Shown here: positions 1 to 11,832 of the stretch, piece after piece
Layout of the letters: each line of letters opens with the position of its first letter
Numbering within the stretch: position 1 is the stretch's first letter
Assembly: GCF_006345805.1 (NCBI RefSeq)
Contig: NC_043002.1
Span: 59,210,001-59,274,000 of the forward strand
Length of the DNA stretch: 64,000 nucleotides
Direction of reading: 5' to 3'
Source: Octopus sinensis
Taxonomy: Eukaryota
Translations under genes and position numbers: made by a program
Notes under the pieces: generated by a model
Seen by the model: the letters and a program-made list of their open reading frames with translations, nothing else
The model's database searches: none
Told to the model about the DNA's origin: nothing

Positions 1-179
1 AAAGAGAATGACTCTCCCCAGACATAATAGCAAATTAACATTTTTGGTCAAATTTGCAATGAGCACTGGAATTTGTCTCCTTTGTTCAGTGCGTGTGGCA
101 CCTGTGTACCAAGTTTTTGGACCTTGTCTATTGAGTGAAAGTTATGGGCAAGGGTATCATAAGGGAGTCCTATCTGCTG

Positions 180-395
180 AGTGAATTAATGTGCAAGTGG
201 CTGAGTACTCTGTAGACATACATACCCTCAACATAGTTCTCGGGGAGATTCAGTGTGGCACAGAATGTGACAAATGCAACTCATTATTACCAGCTGACTG
301 GACTGGAGCGACATGAAATGAAATGTCTTGCTCAAGAACACAACATGTCATAATAATGAGCGGAACACTCTAACCATTAAGCCACATGCTTTCAC
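180..395 (-). mobile_element. tRNA-headed SINE fragment (family with GTGAAGGCGC-type head), degenerate
   Basis: Reverse complement matches the fuller copies at 26595-26973 and 27023-27362 (blocks ttaatgtgcaagtggctgagtactc and tcttgctcaagaacacaac). Confidence 0.7.
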
Positions 396-436
396 ACACA
401 CATACAGGCATGCACACACACACACACAAATCATAC

Positions 437-593
437 AAGCATGGCTGTGTGGTAAGAAGCTTGCTTTCCAACCACATGGTTCTGGGTTCAGTCCTACTGT
501 GTGGTACCTTGGGCAAGTGTCTTCTACTATAGTCTCGGTCCGACCAAAGCCTTGTGAGTGGATTTGGTAGACAGAAACTGAAAGAAGCCTGTC

Positions 594-635
<42 letters not shown>

Positions 636-810
636 GTATGTATATATTTATTTGTGTCTTTATGTCTCTACCATTGCTTGACAACCAATGTTGATATGTT
701 TACATCCCTGTAACTTAGCGGTTTGTCATAAGAGACTGACAGAATAAGTACCAGGTTTACAAAGAATAAGTCCTGGGGTTGGTTTCTTCGACTAAAAGAA
801 TAAAAGAACA
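437..810 (+). mobile_element. SINE family A (tRNA-like head, internal microsatellite)
   Basis: Head ggctgtgtggtaagaagc...gggttcagtcc (A/B-box-like), body ccaaagccttgtgagtggatttggtagac; collinear with the best copy at 54390-54815. Confidence 0.85.
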
Positions 811-1678
811 TACCTATGTATATATGCTTCTCTATGTATGTATGTATGTATGTATGTATGTATGTATGTATGTGTGTGTGTGTCTCTCTCTTATGTTGAA
901 TGTGCATATGCATGTGTGTGTGTGTGTTCCTATTTTTATCATTCTTTAACATGAAACACCACTGTTTATGAAATTATATTAAGAAAAATAACGAGACATT
1001 TAATTAAACGAAGACATCTCCTCCTAATCCACTCTACATTAACTACAATTGTATAACAATACCCGTCCATAAGTAATCACGTGGCATGGCTGCTGATTCT
1101 CAAGTGAAATCACTTCTAGCTGAAAGCAGATCCGCAAGGCTGAGTGAGTGAAGGTAATGACTTGAAATTTGATGTCCTTCGCTGAACACTAAAGTTCTTA
1201 TAAGTAAGTTAGCCTTGAGAGCTGTGGCTGAGAGCTGTGTACACAGATACAGTTAGATAGATGTAGGAATGTGTGTGTGTTTGTGTGTGTGTGTGCGTGT
1301 ACGTACGTGTGTATGCATGTCTGTGTGCTTGTGTGTGTGTGCGTGTGTATACACAAATGCACTTTCATTCATGCATATGTATATGTGTATTTATGTATCT
1401 ATCCATCTGTCTGTCTGTCTGTCTATCACTCTATTTATCTATCTGTGTCTGTGTCTATATATATATATACATACACACACATTCACATGCATCTACAAAT
1501 ATACACACACACACTCACATGCATCTCTGTCTCTTTCTCTCTCTCTTTCCTGTCTTTCTAAATAGATAGATATATACATATACATGTGAATATATATATA
1601 TATATATGTATGTCTGTGTGTATAGATATATATACATGCACATAAATGTATGCATGTATATATACGTGTGTGTATATA

Positions 1679-1716
<38 letters not shown>

Positions 1717-1717
<1 letters not shown>

Positions 1718-1925
1718 CGGGAAGCTTTATGAAAATAAACAAAGACGAAGGCAGGTGGAAAACAAACGAACAATTGTATTAGTATGGCGCTCAGGAAATA
1801 TAAATAAAACAAGTCTTTAACGTTTCGAGCCTACGCTCTTCAACAGAAAGATACACAGAGAGAGAAAAACACAGAAAGAAGGAGAGAAAAAAAATGCGTG
1901 CAGTAGCTAACGAATCAACATGGCG
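1717..1925 (-). mobile_element. Short Penelope-associated element containing a hammerhead-like motif
   Basis: Sits in a (TA)n tract. A truncated second copy is at about 49690-49770 (shared gtattagtat..cgctcag and aagtcttt.acgtttcgagcctacg). Confidence 0.55.
1814..1851 (-). ncRNA. Minimal type-I hammerhead ribozyme-like motif (core CUGUUGA, A6U)
   Basis: Minus strand: tcttt CTGTTGA A GAGC gtag GCTC GAAA CG TT aaaga. Stem I 5 bp, stem II 4 bp, palindromic ACGT stem III. Confidence 0.55.
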
Positions 1926-2026
1926 TACATACATATATATGTGTGTGTACAGATATATACATACACACATAATATATGCATGTATATATATGAATATATA
2001 TATTCATAGAGATATGTACACACACG

Positions 2027-2058
<32 letters not shown>

Positions 2059-2080
2059 CATATATAAATAGATACGAATG

Positions 2081-2119
<39 letters not shown>

Positions 2120-2404
2120 TTTACACACACACACACCCCCACACACACTGGCTGATTGATGAAAGAAGAAATACATTCACACAAATAAACAGAAAGTCAC
2201 GGAAAGACAGATGAAACCATGACAGCATAGAGTGGGAGAGAGAGGGAGAGAGAGGGAGAGAGAGAGAGAGAGACAAAATATGCAAGAGAGAGAGGTTGGG
2301 TGGGGAGTGGGAAGGAAATAAGCCTGGAAAATGCTGAAATATTTAGAAGGAAACATGAAAAATATTTTGTGTCAAAATATTTTGGAAATGAAATATTTGT
2401 ATAG

Positions 2405-2548
2405 GTGCAGGCATGGCTGTGTGATAAAAAGTTTGCTTTCCAACCACCTGGTTCTGGGTTCAGTCCCACTGCATGCCATCTTGGGCAAGTGTCTTCACAA
2501 AACCTTGTGAGTGGATTTGGCAGATGGAAACTGAATGAAGCCTGTCAT
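2405..2548 (+). mobile_element. SINE family A, 5' part
   Basis: gcaggcatggctgtgtga...gggttcagtcccactgc...ccttgtgagtggatttgg. A family-A 3' half follows at about 3100-3330. Confidence 0.75.
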
Positions 2549-2640
2549 CTGTATACATTGTCTGTTCTGGCATGGTTTCTATGGCCCTTCAACTTTACAG
2601 ACTGTTGGTGCCTTTTACATGGCAACAGCACCAATGCTAT

Positions 2641-2693
<53 letters not shown>

Positions 2694-2853
2694 AGAGAGC
2701 GTAGCCTTGAAACATAAGACTTTTTCAATTCCCAAGCGTTATACTCATACATCTGTTTGTTTTCTACACCACCTGTCTTCGTCTTTTGTTTTTTTCGTGA
2801 ATTCTCCCTTTATATATATAGAATTTTTTTCAAAAAATTTTATTCTATATTAG

Positions 2854-2888
<35 letters not shown>

Positions 2889-3534
2889 AGTCACCATAAT
2901 ATAAGGGTCAATATGAACGAGTGTATTGAAATAGTCATTATAGAAGATCAATAACACATTGAGACTCGATATTTTATACATATTTAGATATGACTAATAT
3001 CTGTCTTTTGTGAAAATTTCAAGTGAATGGAATAAATATTTCGTAAGTTATGAGGAAATAAAGAAATAATCTTTCAAACTGCATATATAGATATGTGTGT
3101 GTGTGTGTGTGTGTGTCTTTGTGTCTGTGTCTTCCACTACCACTTGACAACAGGTGTTGTTTTGTTTATGTCCCTGTAACTTTGGGAGTGGGGGACATAA
3201 GCTTAGTGAAATAAGTATCAGGCTGAAAAAAGAAAAGCATTGGTGTTTGATTTGTTTCACCAAAATCTCTTCAAGGTGGTGCCCCAGCATGGCCACGCTC
3301 TAATGAATGAAACAAGTGAAAGAATAAAAGATACATAAACACTTAGAAACTAAATCATCCATACATAAAAACAAGCATACATACATACACACATACATTT
3401 ATTCATACATACATACATACACACACACATACACACTTACACACATACACATACATACTTACACACATACATATAAACACATACATACACACATACATAC
3501 TTACATACATACTTACACACACATACTTACACAC

Positions 3535-5260
3535 ATGATGGCTGCCCCCTCGTTATCAAGTATGGCCATTGCACGAAGCTTAACTGTTATTGGTGCTGTG
3601 ATCGAATGTGACTTTTCAGCCGGTGCTGTGATCGAATGTGACTTTGTAGCCCAGCTAAAAATCTACAATGTCTTGTACAGAATTGGCAGCTAAAACCTTT
3701 ACCAGTAATAGCCGGCTGTTGTTGTAACTGGGCTTCATGTACCTTTGCATGTCATTTAAGTCCTCCTGCCGAATTACACTCTCTTCCACATGCCTGACAG
3801 ATATGATTAGTATGGTGTGTAACACCACCACCAGTGGCCAGGTTGTCACTCATCTGTCTCGCTTTATGATGAAGATGACTCTTGAGTCCAGCTTTACTGA
3901 GGCAGGGTCTTGCACAGACACTGCATGTCAGCACCATAGGAAGACCCTTCCCATCTGGAAGTGTAACAGCAATGTCCTTCCTGACATCCCTCCTTACTTT
4001 CTCATGCGCAACTCGAGATTTCTCAAAGGTAGCTGTCCCTCTGTGCACAATCCTTCTCCACTTGCTACAATCAATAGCTATGCCATCCCATGTGTCAAGA
4101 GAGCAAGTCCTTATACCTCTTTTCTGGTTTATGTGGAGGTCATTCTCCTTTAGCTAACTTTCCATAAAAGAGTTCTTTTTGGCATCCTTGAATCCGTCAT
4201 CCTGACCAAATGACCACTCCATCTGAGCCTTTGCTTTAACACAAGAGCTTCTATACATTCGCACCGAGAGCCTTCCAATATTTCAAGATCACTGATGCTG
4301 TCCTCCCACTTAATGCCATAGATCCATCTGAGACATCTGATGGAAACGTTCCAGTTGCTTAAGGTGGTATCGATATGTGACCCACATCTCACAGGCATAG
4401 AGAAGAGAAGGGAGCATACATGCCTTGTACACCTTTATAGATATTTGGTACACTATACTGCTTACCAGGGCCAGGTTGGTACATGACAACAATTTTCTTG
4501 AGATTGACTGTCAATCCTAAGGCAGTGCAAGCATCAGAGAATGCATTCAAAATATGTTGCATATCAATCTCTGTGTGTGCTACTAGCTCACAATTATCTG
4601 CATACAAAAGGTCTCTTATGATAGAGGTAAATACCTATGTTTTTGCAGCAAAGCGCCTGATATTAAATATGCTGCCAGAGGTTTGATAATGGATGTAAAC
4701 ACCATATCTGCAGTTTCTGAATACAATACAGAAAACCATCGCAAAATATATGGCAAATAGGGTCGGTGCCAGAATATCCCCCTGGAAGAACACAATCTGC
4801 AACGTATTTCAGCAGACGATCCAGAAGTACCCTGCATAAAACCTTTCCTACGGCAGACAGCAATGATACTCCCCTATAATTACCACAATCATTCCTGTTG
4901 CCCTTTCCCTTATACAGGACCACCATTACTGCATCTCTCCAGTCCTCAGGTACAGATTCACTAGTCCATATATTACCAAACAAAGAGTGAAGTTTCTGCA
5001 GAAGTTTCTCACCACCATGCTGTAACAACTGTGCATGTATGCCATCCATACCCGGAGACTTCCCATTATTCATCCTTGAGACAGCCACCGCAACTTCTTC
5101 CAACTTTGGTGGTTCTGTGAGTGCTGCCTTCACAGGTAATCCAGGGATGAGATTGAGAACATCCTCACCAACTACAGACTGCTGATTCATGAATGACCAT
5201 GGGATTTCACCTAGAAAGTTACTCTGCAAGGCACAAGTCCAGGCAAGGTTGTTTATGAAA
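3535..5260 (-). mobile_element. RTE-clade LINE, 5'-truncated, frameshifted, with internal deletions
   Basis: Translated pieces: KSPGMDGI..EDWRDAVMVVLYKGKGNRNDCGNYRGVSLLSAVGKV, QGDILAPTLF, LYADNC (YADD motif), LRWSGHLVRM, C-terminal CSVC..H and CQAC zinc-finger-like motifs. Confidence 0.92.
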
Positions 5261-5344
5261 GACCAGCAGACACCCATGCATACTAGACTCCCTCTGTCCA
5301 CACCACTGATGTTATCCAAAGAAAAGGCAAAAGCTGATAGAGCT

Positions 5345-5685
5345 TGGCACCAGTGATGTCGCAACTCATTTCTACAGCTGAGTGAACTGGAGCAATGCAA
5401 AATAAAGTGTCTTGCTCAAGAACATAACACACAGAGCGGTCTGGGAATTGAACTCACTACCTCATGATTACGATCCTGACAATCTAACCTCTGAGCTATG
5501 CACCTTTGCTTTATGTATATATATGATAGGCTTCTTTTAGTTTCTGTCTACCAAATCCATTCACAAGGCTTTAGTTGGCCTGAGGCTATAGTGGAAGACA
5601 CTTGCCCAAGGTGCCATGCAGTGGCAATGAACCCAGAACCTTGCAGTTGGAAAGCAAGCTTCTTACCATACAGCCATGTCTGCAC
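5345..5685 (-). mobile_element. Two adjacent SINE fragments (GTGAAGG-type head 5345-5500; family A 5525-5685)
   Basis: ataaagtgtcttgctcaagaacataac and ctgtctaccaaatccattcacaaggctt are reverse complements of the respective families. Confidence 0.7.
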
Positions 5686-5965
5686 ATGAGTTTTTGGTGA
5701 AAATATGGGTTAGCTGTAGAGCATATAGTTTGAGGGTAATGGAGATGTTGTCAGGGCCAGTCAGTGGCCCTTTCTGATTTGAAGTGACTTCAGATGCTTT
5801 TATCATTGATGTGGTGGCCTTGGTAGGAATAGAGTGAAACAATTCGTGAGAAAAGTTTTATTTAATGTGTGGAAGGCAGAGTTTGGTATAAAGCAGGCAG
5901 TGTGTGTTTGCGTTGTGTAATATGATTAGGTTAATCCTAAGATAATCATATTATTTTGTGCGCGC

Positions 5966-6005
<40 letters not shown>

Positions 6006-6219
6006 CCGTGATAACCCAAAACACTGATGTCTTTTGGTTTTATAACTTTTGAACAATTGTTGGATATGTTTTGTATAAATGATACAGACAGGCGTAAATT
6101 GTGTGTGTGTATACTCACACACACATACACACTCATACAAAATACACACACACCCACAAATATATATGTGTATGTATACATGTATATGCATCTGTGTGCA
6201 TGTTTGTGTGTGTGTAATA

Positions 6220-6660
6220 TCATGATCATTGTTTAATGTCCGCTTTCCATGCTAGCATGGGTTGGACGGTTTGACTGAAGACTAGTGAGCCGAGGGGCTG
6301 CACCAGGCTCCAATCTGATCTGGTAAAGTTTCTACAGCTGGATGCCCTTCCTAACACCAACCACCCCGAGAGTATTGTGGGTACTTTTTACCTGCCACTG
6401 GCATGAGGGCCAGTCAAGCGGTACTGGCATCAACCACGCTCAAATGGTACTTTTTATGTGCCACCTGCACAGGAGCCAGTCCAGTGGCACTGGCAATGAC
6501 CTCAGTCAAATGTTTTTTCATGTGCCAGTAAGGCGACGCAGGTAACGATCACACTTGAATGGTGTTTTTTACTTTCCACCAGCATGAAGGCCAGCTTGTT
6601 GCTCTGGCAACGATCACACTCGTATGGTACTCTTAGCACTCCACTAGCACAAGCCTAAAG
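6220..6660 (-). mobile_element. 3' end of RTE LINE family C ((GAT)n tail)
   Basis: catcat..tttaatgtccgctttccatgctagcatgggttggacgg...ggatgcccttcctaac is the reverse complement of the 3' UTR of the element at 13085-14600. Confidence 0.8.
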
Positions 6661-7041
6661 ACCTAACAAACCTTTTCCTTTTTCTCCTGTCAATATTCCT
6701 CTGGTAAAGCTCAAATCATTCTGATGATGTTTGTTACATGGAATGAAATAAATGCAAGTTTACCTCAAAAATAACTGACTGAAACAGCTGTAAATGTTAT
6801 CTTAACCATAATTTAACTATGATCATTCTGTACTAATGATCAACTTCTAATTGTTACATATTGCTCCATTTATTCTCTTACCTTATCTGAATATATCAAA
6901 CCTCAGTATACCCTTTAAATTACTAACTACTGTTAACCTTATAGCAAGGCCTATGCATAGTTAGGCACCAGTAGTGGCTATGGATACATTTGTCCCTTAG
7001 ACAGTTGCATAACCTCTAACTCATAATTATACATACATACA

Positions 7042-7073
<32 letters not shown>

Positions 7074-7323
7074 CAGGGTGTTCAAAAAGTCTTTCCACAG
7101 TGAATTTTTTTTTTCATCTTGACTCTCCAAGATGTATTTCAAAACTTCTGCAGAAGAGTCAACTTCTGTATTGAAAATGAAGGACCTTACTTTCAACACT
7201 GCGTATAAAGCTTTTTAAAATCTTGTAAACTCTAATATATTGTTTTGTAGTCCTATAACATCTTATAAGTATTTATTTTGCAATGAAATACTTACTGCGG
7301 AGAGACTTTCTGAACATCGTCTG
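7074..7323 (+). mobile_element. Tc1/mariner MITE (deletion derivative)
   Basis: Imperfect TIRs CAGGGTGTTCAAAAAGTCTTTCCACAGT and its inverse at about 7293-7323; TA on the left; internal RRVNFCIENEGPYFQH transposase C-terminal remnant. Confidence 0.75.
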
Positions 7324-7340
7324 TGTGTGTAATATATATA

Positions 7341-7371
<31 letters not shown>

Positions 7372-7424
7372 ATACATACATATATATATATATACATACA
7401 TACATACATACACATACATATATA

Positions 7425-7730
7425 TGGCAAGTTATTTGGTGACCCTGCCAGTGCTGGTGACACATAGAAAGCATCCAGTCCACACTGTGAGATAGTTAGC
7501 ATTTGGAAGGACATCAAGCTGTAAAAACCATGTCAAACCAGACCTCGCTGAAGTTGGTGCCATGTAAAAACCACTGTCCACTCTGTAAAGTGGTCGGTGT
7601 TAGGAAGGGCATCCAGCTATAAAAACCCTGCCAAAAACAGATAGTGAAGCCTGGTGCATCTCTCTGGCTTGCCAGCTGCTATCAAACCATCCAACCCATG
7701 CCAGCATGGAGAACAGACATTAAATGATGA
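7425..7730 (+). mobile_element. LINE family C 3' end / related SINE tail
   Basis: gttaggaagggcatccagct...ccatccaacccatgccagcatgga...gacattaaatgatga. Confidence 0.7.
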
Positions 7731-8035
7731 CACTTTTTCATTTATAATGGGCAGTAGAGTGACTCAAGGAATGGTAGAGTGACTGCCAGGAGTCCCGTGT
7801 GTTGGCACTTTCCAGACTTTGTCTTTTCTTGATTCTCTTCTTCCTGGTCTTGACTCTGTCTTTCCTTGGTATTGTTCCTTTCTTGAACTGGTCTCGGTTG
7901 TATTTCAAGCATTTCTTCATTTGGTCTCAGTATTTTCTTTGATACCAAGAAAAGACCAAAAGCAGGCCAAGGAAAGACCGAGTTCAAACCATGAAAGAAC
8001 CGAAAACAGACCGTAAAAAGAATAAGATCAAGAAA

Positions 8036-8340
8036 GGTGTGGCTGCATGGTAAGAAGCTTGCTTCCCAACCACATGGTTCCAGGTTCAGTCCCACTGCAT
8101 CACACCTTGAGCAAGTGTCTTCTACTAAAGCCTCGAGCTGACCAAAGCCTTGTGAGTGGATTTGGTAAACGGAAAATTAAAGAAGCCCATTGTATGTGTG
8201 TGTGCGTATATATATATATATACACACATGTGTGTTTGTCCCCCACCATTTCTTGACAACCAATTTTGGTGTATTTATGTCCCTGTAACTCAGTAGTTTG
8301 CCAAAAGAGACTGATAGAATAAGTACTAGACTTACAAGGA
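8036..8340 (+). mobile_element. SINE family A
   Basis: Head and body collinear with 54390-54815. Confidence 0.8.
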
Positions 8341-8504
8341 ATGGGTGATGGAAGGAGGTGTTTGGTGTTAAGGGTGGTTGTTCAGCACTAGGCCAGCCTT
8401 GCTTGAGTAGGCTAATGATCAAAGACAATCATGTCAAGGCTATCCCTGCTTTTTTTTACAGAAAGCTAAGACAATATTATCCAATGTATCCTTCCATTTC
8501 CCAA

Positions 8505-9165
8505 GGCTGTAGGAAGTAGTGGTGATGGCACTGCTGATGATGGTGATGGTGGAGGTAGGGTGGAGGTTGTGATGATGGTGATAGTGATGATAGTGATGAT
8601 GATGATGGTGGTAGAGACAGTGGTGGAGATGGTGGTGGTGATGAGGGTGGTAGAGATGATGTTGGTGGTGATTGTGATGTTGGTGGTGATGGGAGTGGAG
8701 ATGGAGGTGTGGCAATGGTGATGTGGATTTTGGGTGGATGGGTGTGATGATGTTTGGTGATGAGGATGTTGACTTCTGTCTAATTTTTGAAGAGCAACAA
8801 GAAGGAAATCTCAAAATAGCAAAACCAACAACAAAATGATAATCAAATAAATAGAAATCAATAGAGAGGGGAGGGGAAAAGAGAGAGAAACAGAGTGAGA
8901 GAGAGTGAGAAAGAGAGAGAAGCAGTGAGAGAGAGAAGGAAAAAGAGAGTGAGAGAGAGAGAAAGAATGAGACAGAATGAGACAGAAAGAGACAAAGAGT
9001 GAGAGAGAAAGAGACAAAGTGAGAGAGAAAGACAAAGAATGAGAGAGAGAGAGAAAGAGACAAAGAGAGAGATAGTGAGAAAGAGAGAGAGAGAAACAGT
9101 GATAGAGAGAGAATGAGGGAGAGAGAGAGAGAGAGAAGAGTGTAAGAGAGGGGAAAGAGAATGAG

Positions 9166-9200
<35 letters not shown>

Positions 9201-9300
9201 AAGAAAGAAAGAGAGAAAGTGAGGGAAAAAGAAAAACAGTGGGAAAGAGTGAGAGAGAAAGAGAGAGAGAGAGAAAGAGAGAAGGGAAGTGGTAAATGGT
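8505..9300. repeat. Low-complexity (GRT)n then (GA)n/(GAAA)n tract
   Basis: Direct inspection. It explains the 332-aa and 169-aa ORFs. Confidence 0.9.
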
Positions 9301-9849
9301 AAAAGAAAATTGCTCAACATTTAAGCTGTGTGTTCCTGCATCAGGCTTTCTGCCATTGTGCACAGAGTGTTGTGTCGATCGATGCAGAAGCACAAACGAT
9401 AATGAGGATAATGTTATCATCATCATCATCATTGCCAACTGCTGCTCTTGCTGCTGTTGTCAACACCAAATTAACCACCACTCTTGCTACTACTAACACC
9501 ATCACCTACTACTACTACTACCATCACCACCATCTCTGCTCTTGCTGTTGTTGCTGCTGCTGCTACTACTACTACTGCACTATTGTCAACCTTTTAATCA
9601 ACAACAAGAGCAAATTCAAAGGTAAACTTCAAAGGTTTTCAAAATGAACAGCAACAACTGCATCTGCAATGAACCGTATTCACCATTACAGTAACAATGA
9701 TGATGATGGTGATGATAATCCTCCTCCTCTCCGTCCTCCTCTTCAGTATCAGACATTATAGTTACACCAATGATTCACAGTTGAATCGTTGGTGGAACCA
9801 TGATGCTGTGTTGATCTGAAGAGCTAGACTTCTTTATTTGTATTTGTTT

Positions 9850-10060
9850 CTACTCTAGGCACAAGGCCTGAAATTTTAGGGGAGGGGGACCAGTCGATTA
9901 GATCGACCCCAGTATGCAACTGGTAGTCAATTTATCAACCCTAAAGGATGAAAGGCAAAGTCGCCCTCAGCGGAATTTGAACTCAGAATGTAAAGACAGA
10001 CGAAATAACACTAAGCATTTTGCCCAGCATGCTAACGTTTCTGCCAGCTCACCGCCTTTT
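9850..10060 (-). mobile_element. SINE family B (ggcggtgagctggcagaaacgttagc head)
   Basis: ggatgaaaggcaaagtcg.cctcagcggaatttgaactcagaa core shared with 38080-38185 and 41981-42684. Confidence 0.85.
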
Positions 10061-10131
10061 TCTTTATTTGTATTGATTTGTGAATATACAACTGTATTAT
10101 ATCAAACTAAGCATCTATAGTAATGCAAATC

Positions 10132-10890
10132 ATCATCATCATTTAACGTTTGCCTTCCATGCTGGCATGGGTTGGATAGTTTGACTGAGGACTGGCAAGC
10201 CAGGAGGCTGCACCAGGCTCCAATCTGATCTAGCAAGGTTTCTACAGCTGGATGCCCTTCCTAATGCCAACCACTCTGAGAGTGTAGTGGGTGCTTTGTA
10301 CGTGCCACCGACATGGGGGAGGGAGGGGGATCAGTCAGGCGGCACTGGCAATGGCCATGTTCAGATGGTGCTTTTTACATGCCAGCAGCACGTGGAGTAA
10401 GAAGGGATGAGCAGGGGGTTGATGGGGCTGGTATTGACCACTTCGGCTGGTGCTTTTTATGTGCCACTAGCATGGGGAACAATTCGGGGTGGTGGGTAGG
10501 GGTGCTGGCATTGACCACATTCGGATGGTGCTTTTTGTGTGCCACTGGCATGGGGAGCCAGTCAGGCAGCACAGGCAACAACCCATGCATGATTGATGCA
10601 TATTGCGTGCCACCAGCACAGGAGCTAGTCAGGCAGCACTGGCATCGACCACAACTACAATTTTCATTTTGATTTCAGTTTGATTTCCATTTGATTGAAT
10701 TTTGATAGGCAATGCCAAGAGACTAAGTCCTCTGGAGATATGCTGTGATTGAGAAGACCCAGCAAGTAAAGTGAGATCACAGTTGTAGCGTTTACCGGTA
10801 TTGCATAACCAGCCCATTTAAAAAGTACCCTTGAATCATTGGGTGACATGCCATGCTTGAGGAGACCTACTAAATCAAGTAAAATCAAAA
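10132..10890 (-). mobile_element. LINE family C 3' region
   Basis: Reverse complement of 14050-14600 (cccatttaaaaagtacccttgaatcatt, gctggatgcccttcctaatgcc). Another + copy is at 11035-11275. Confidence 0.8.
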
Positions 10891-11298
10891 TCAACTCAAA
10901 TATGTAAACATAATTTTATTCCACACTAAAATTATTAATACACGAAGAAGGGTGTGAAAAGTTTGTTAATCCTAAGGATGAGATGCTTTTAAATAAATAT
11001 ATTCGCCTGTCATACCTCCTGACTTTTTATAGCATGTAAAAAGCACCATTCGTGTGTGGTCGATGCCAGGCCTGCCTGACTGTCCCCCATGCCAGTGGCA
11101 CATAAAAAACACCCACTACACTCTCGGAGTGGTTGGTGTTAGGAAGGGCATCCAGCTGTAGAAACTCTGCCAGATCAAGATTGGAGCCCAGTGCAGCCTC
11201 CTGACTTGCCAGTCCTCAATCAAACCGTCCAACCCATGCCAGCATGGAAAGTGGACGTTAAACGATGATGATGATAAGGATGTATATATATGTACACT

Positions 11299-11832
11299 CA
11301 GGGCGATTGGAAAGTAACTCCCTATTTTAAAATACTTATTAATTATCTATTAATTGTAATTTTTTTCTCAAATATTTTGTGTTCATGTTTTTGAAGTATG
11401 AGAACTTATTCTTTATGTGTATTGCTTATGTCATTCACAAATGACTGAATGCTCGCTTTCCCAGGAGATGGCTGTATCATTGTTGTCTGCATGTGAGGCC
11501 AGTCGGGAGTCATGACTTAGCACCTTGTGACTTCTTCCTTTGGGGTTGGTTAAAATAACAAGTCTACTGTACCAAACCAAAAACTTAGGAAGAACTTGAA
11601 GGGCAAATATGAGAAGTTATGTCTTCTATCCCACAAGAGTTTCTGGTGAAATCAGTTGAGGCAATTCCTGGGCCACTCAAGAAGCTGGTGGCAACATCTG
11701 GAGCCCAGATCAAATTTTAAATAAAACCTCATACTAAAAGCTTTCCTCTCATGTCCATTTCTTTGTAAAAATTACAATTAATAAATAATTTATAAGTATT
11801 TTAGAATAGGGAGTTAATTTTCAATCACCCTG
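11299..11832 (+). mobile_element. Tc1/mariner non-autonomous element with TIRs of about 70 bp
   Basis: cagggcgattggaaagtaactccctattttaaaatactt... is inverted at 11761-11832, followed by TA. Internal PCDFFLWGWLK transposase motif. Confidence 0.85.

Noticed and set aside
8440-9438. 332-aa and 169-aa minus-strand ORFs (poly-His, LSLS)
   Set aside because: Stop-free simply because the strand is (CAY)n and (CT)n low-complexity sequence.
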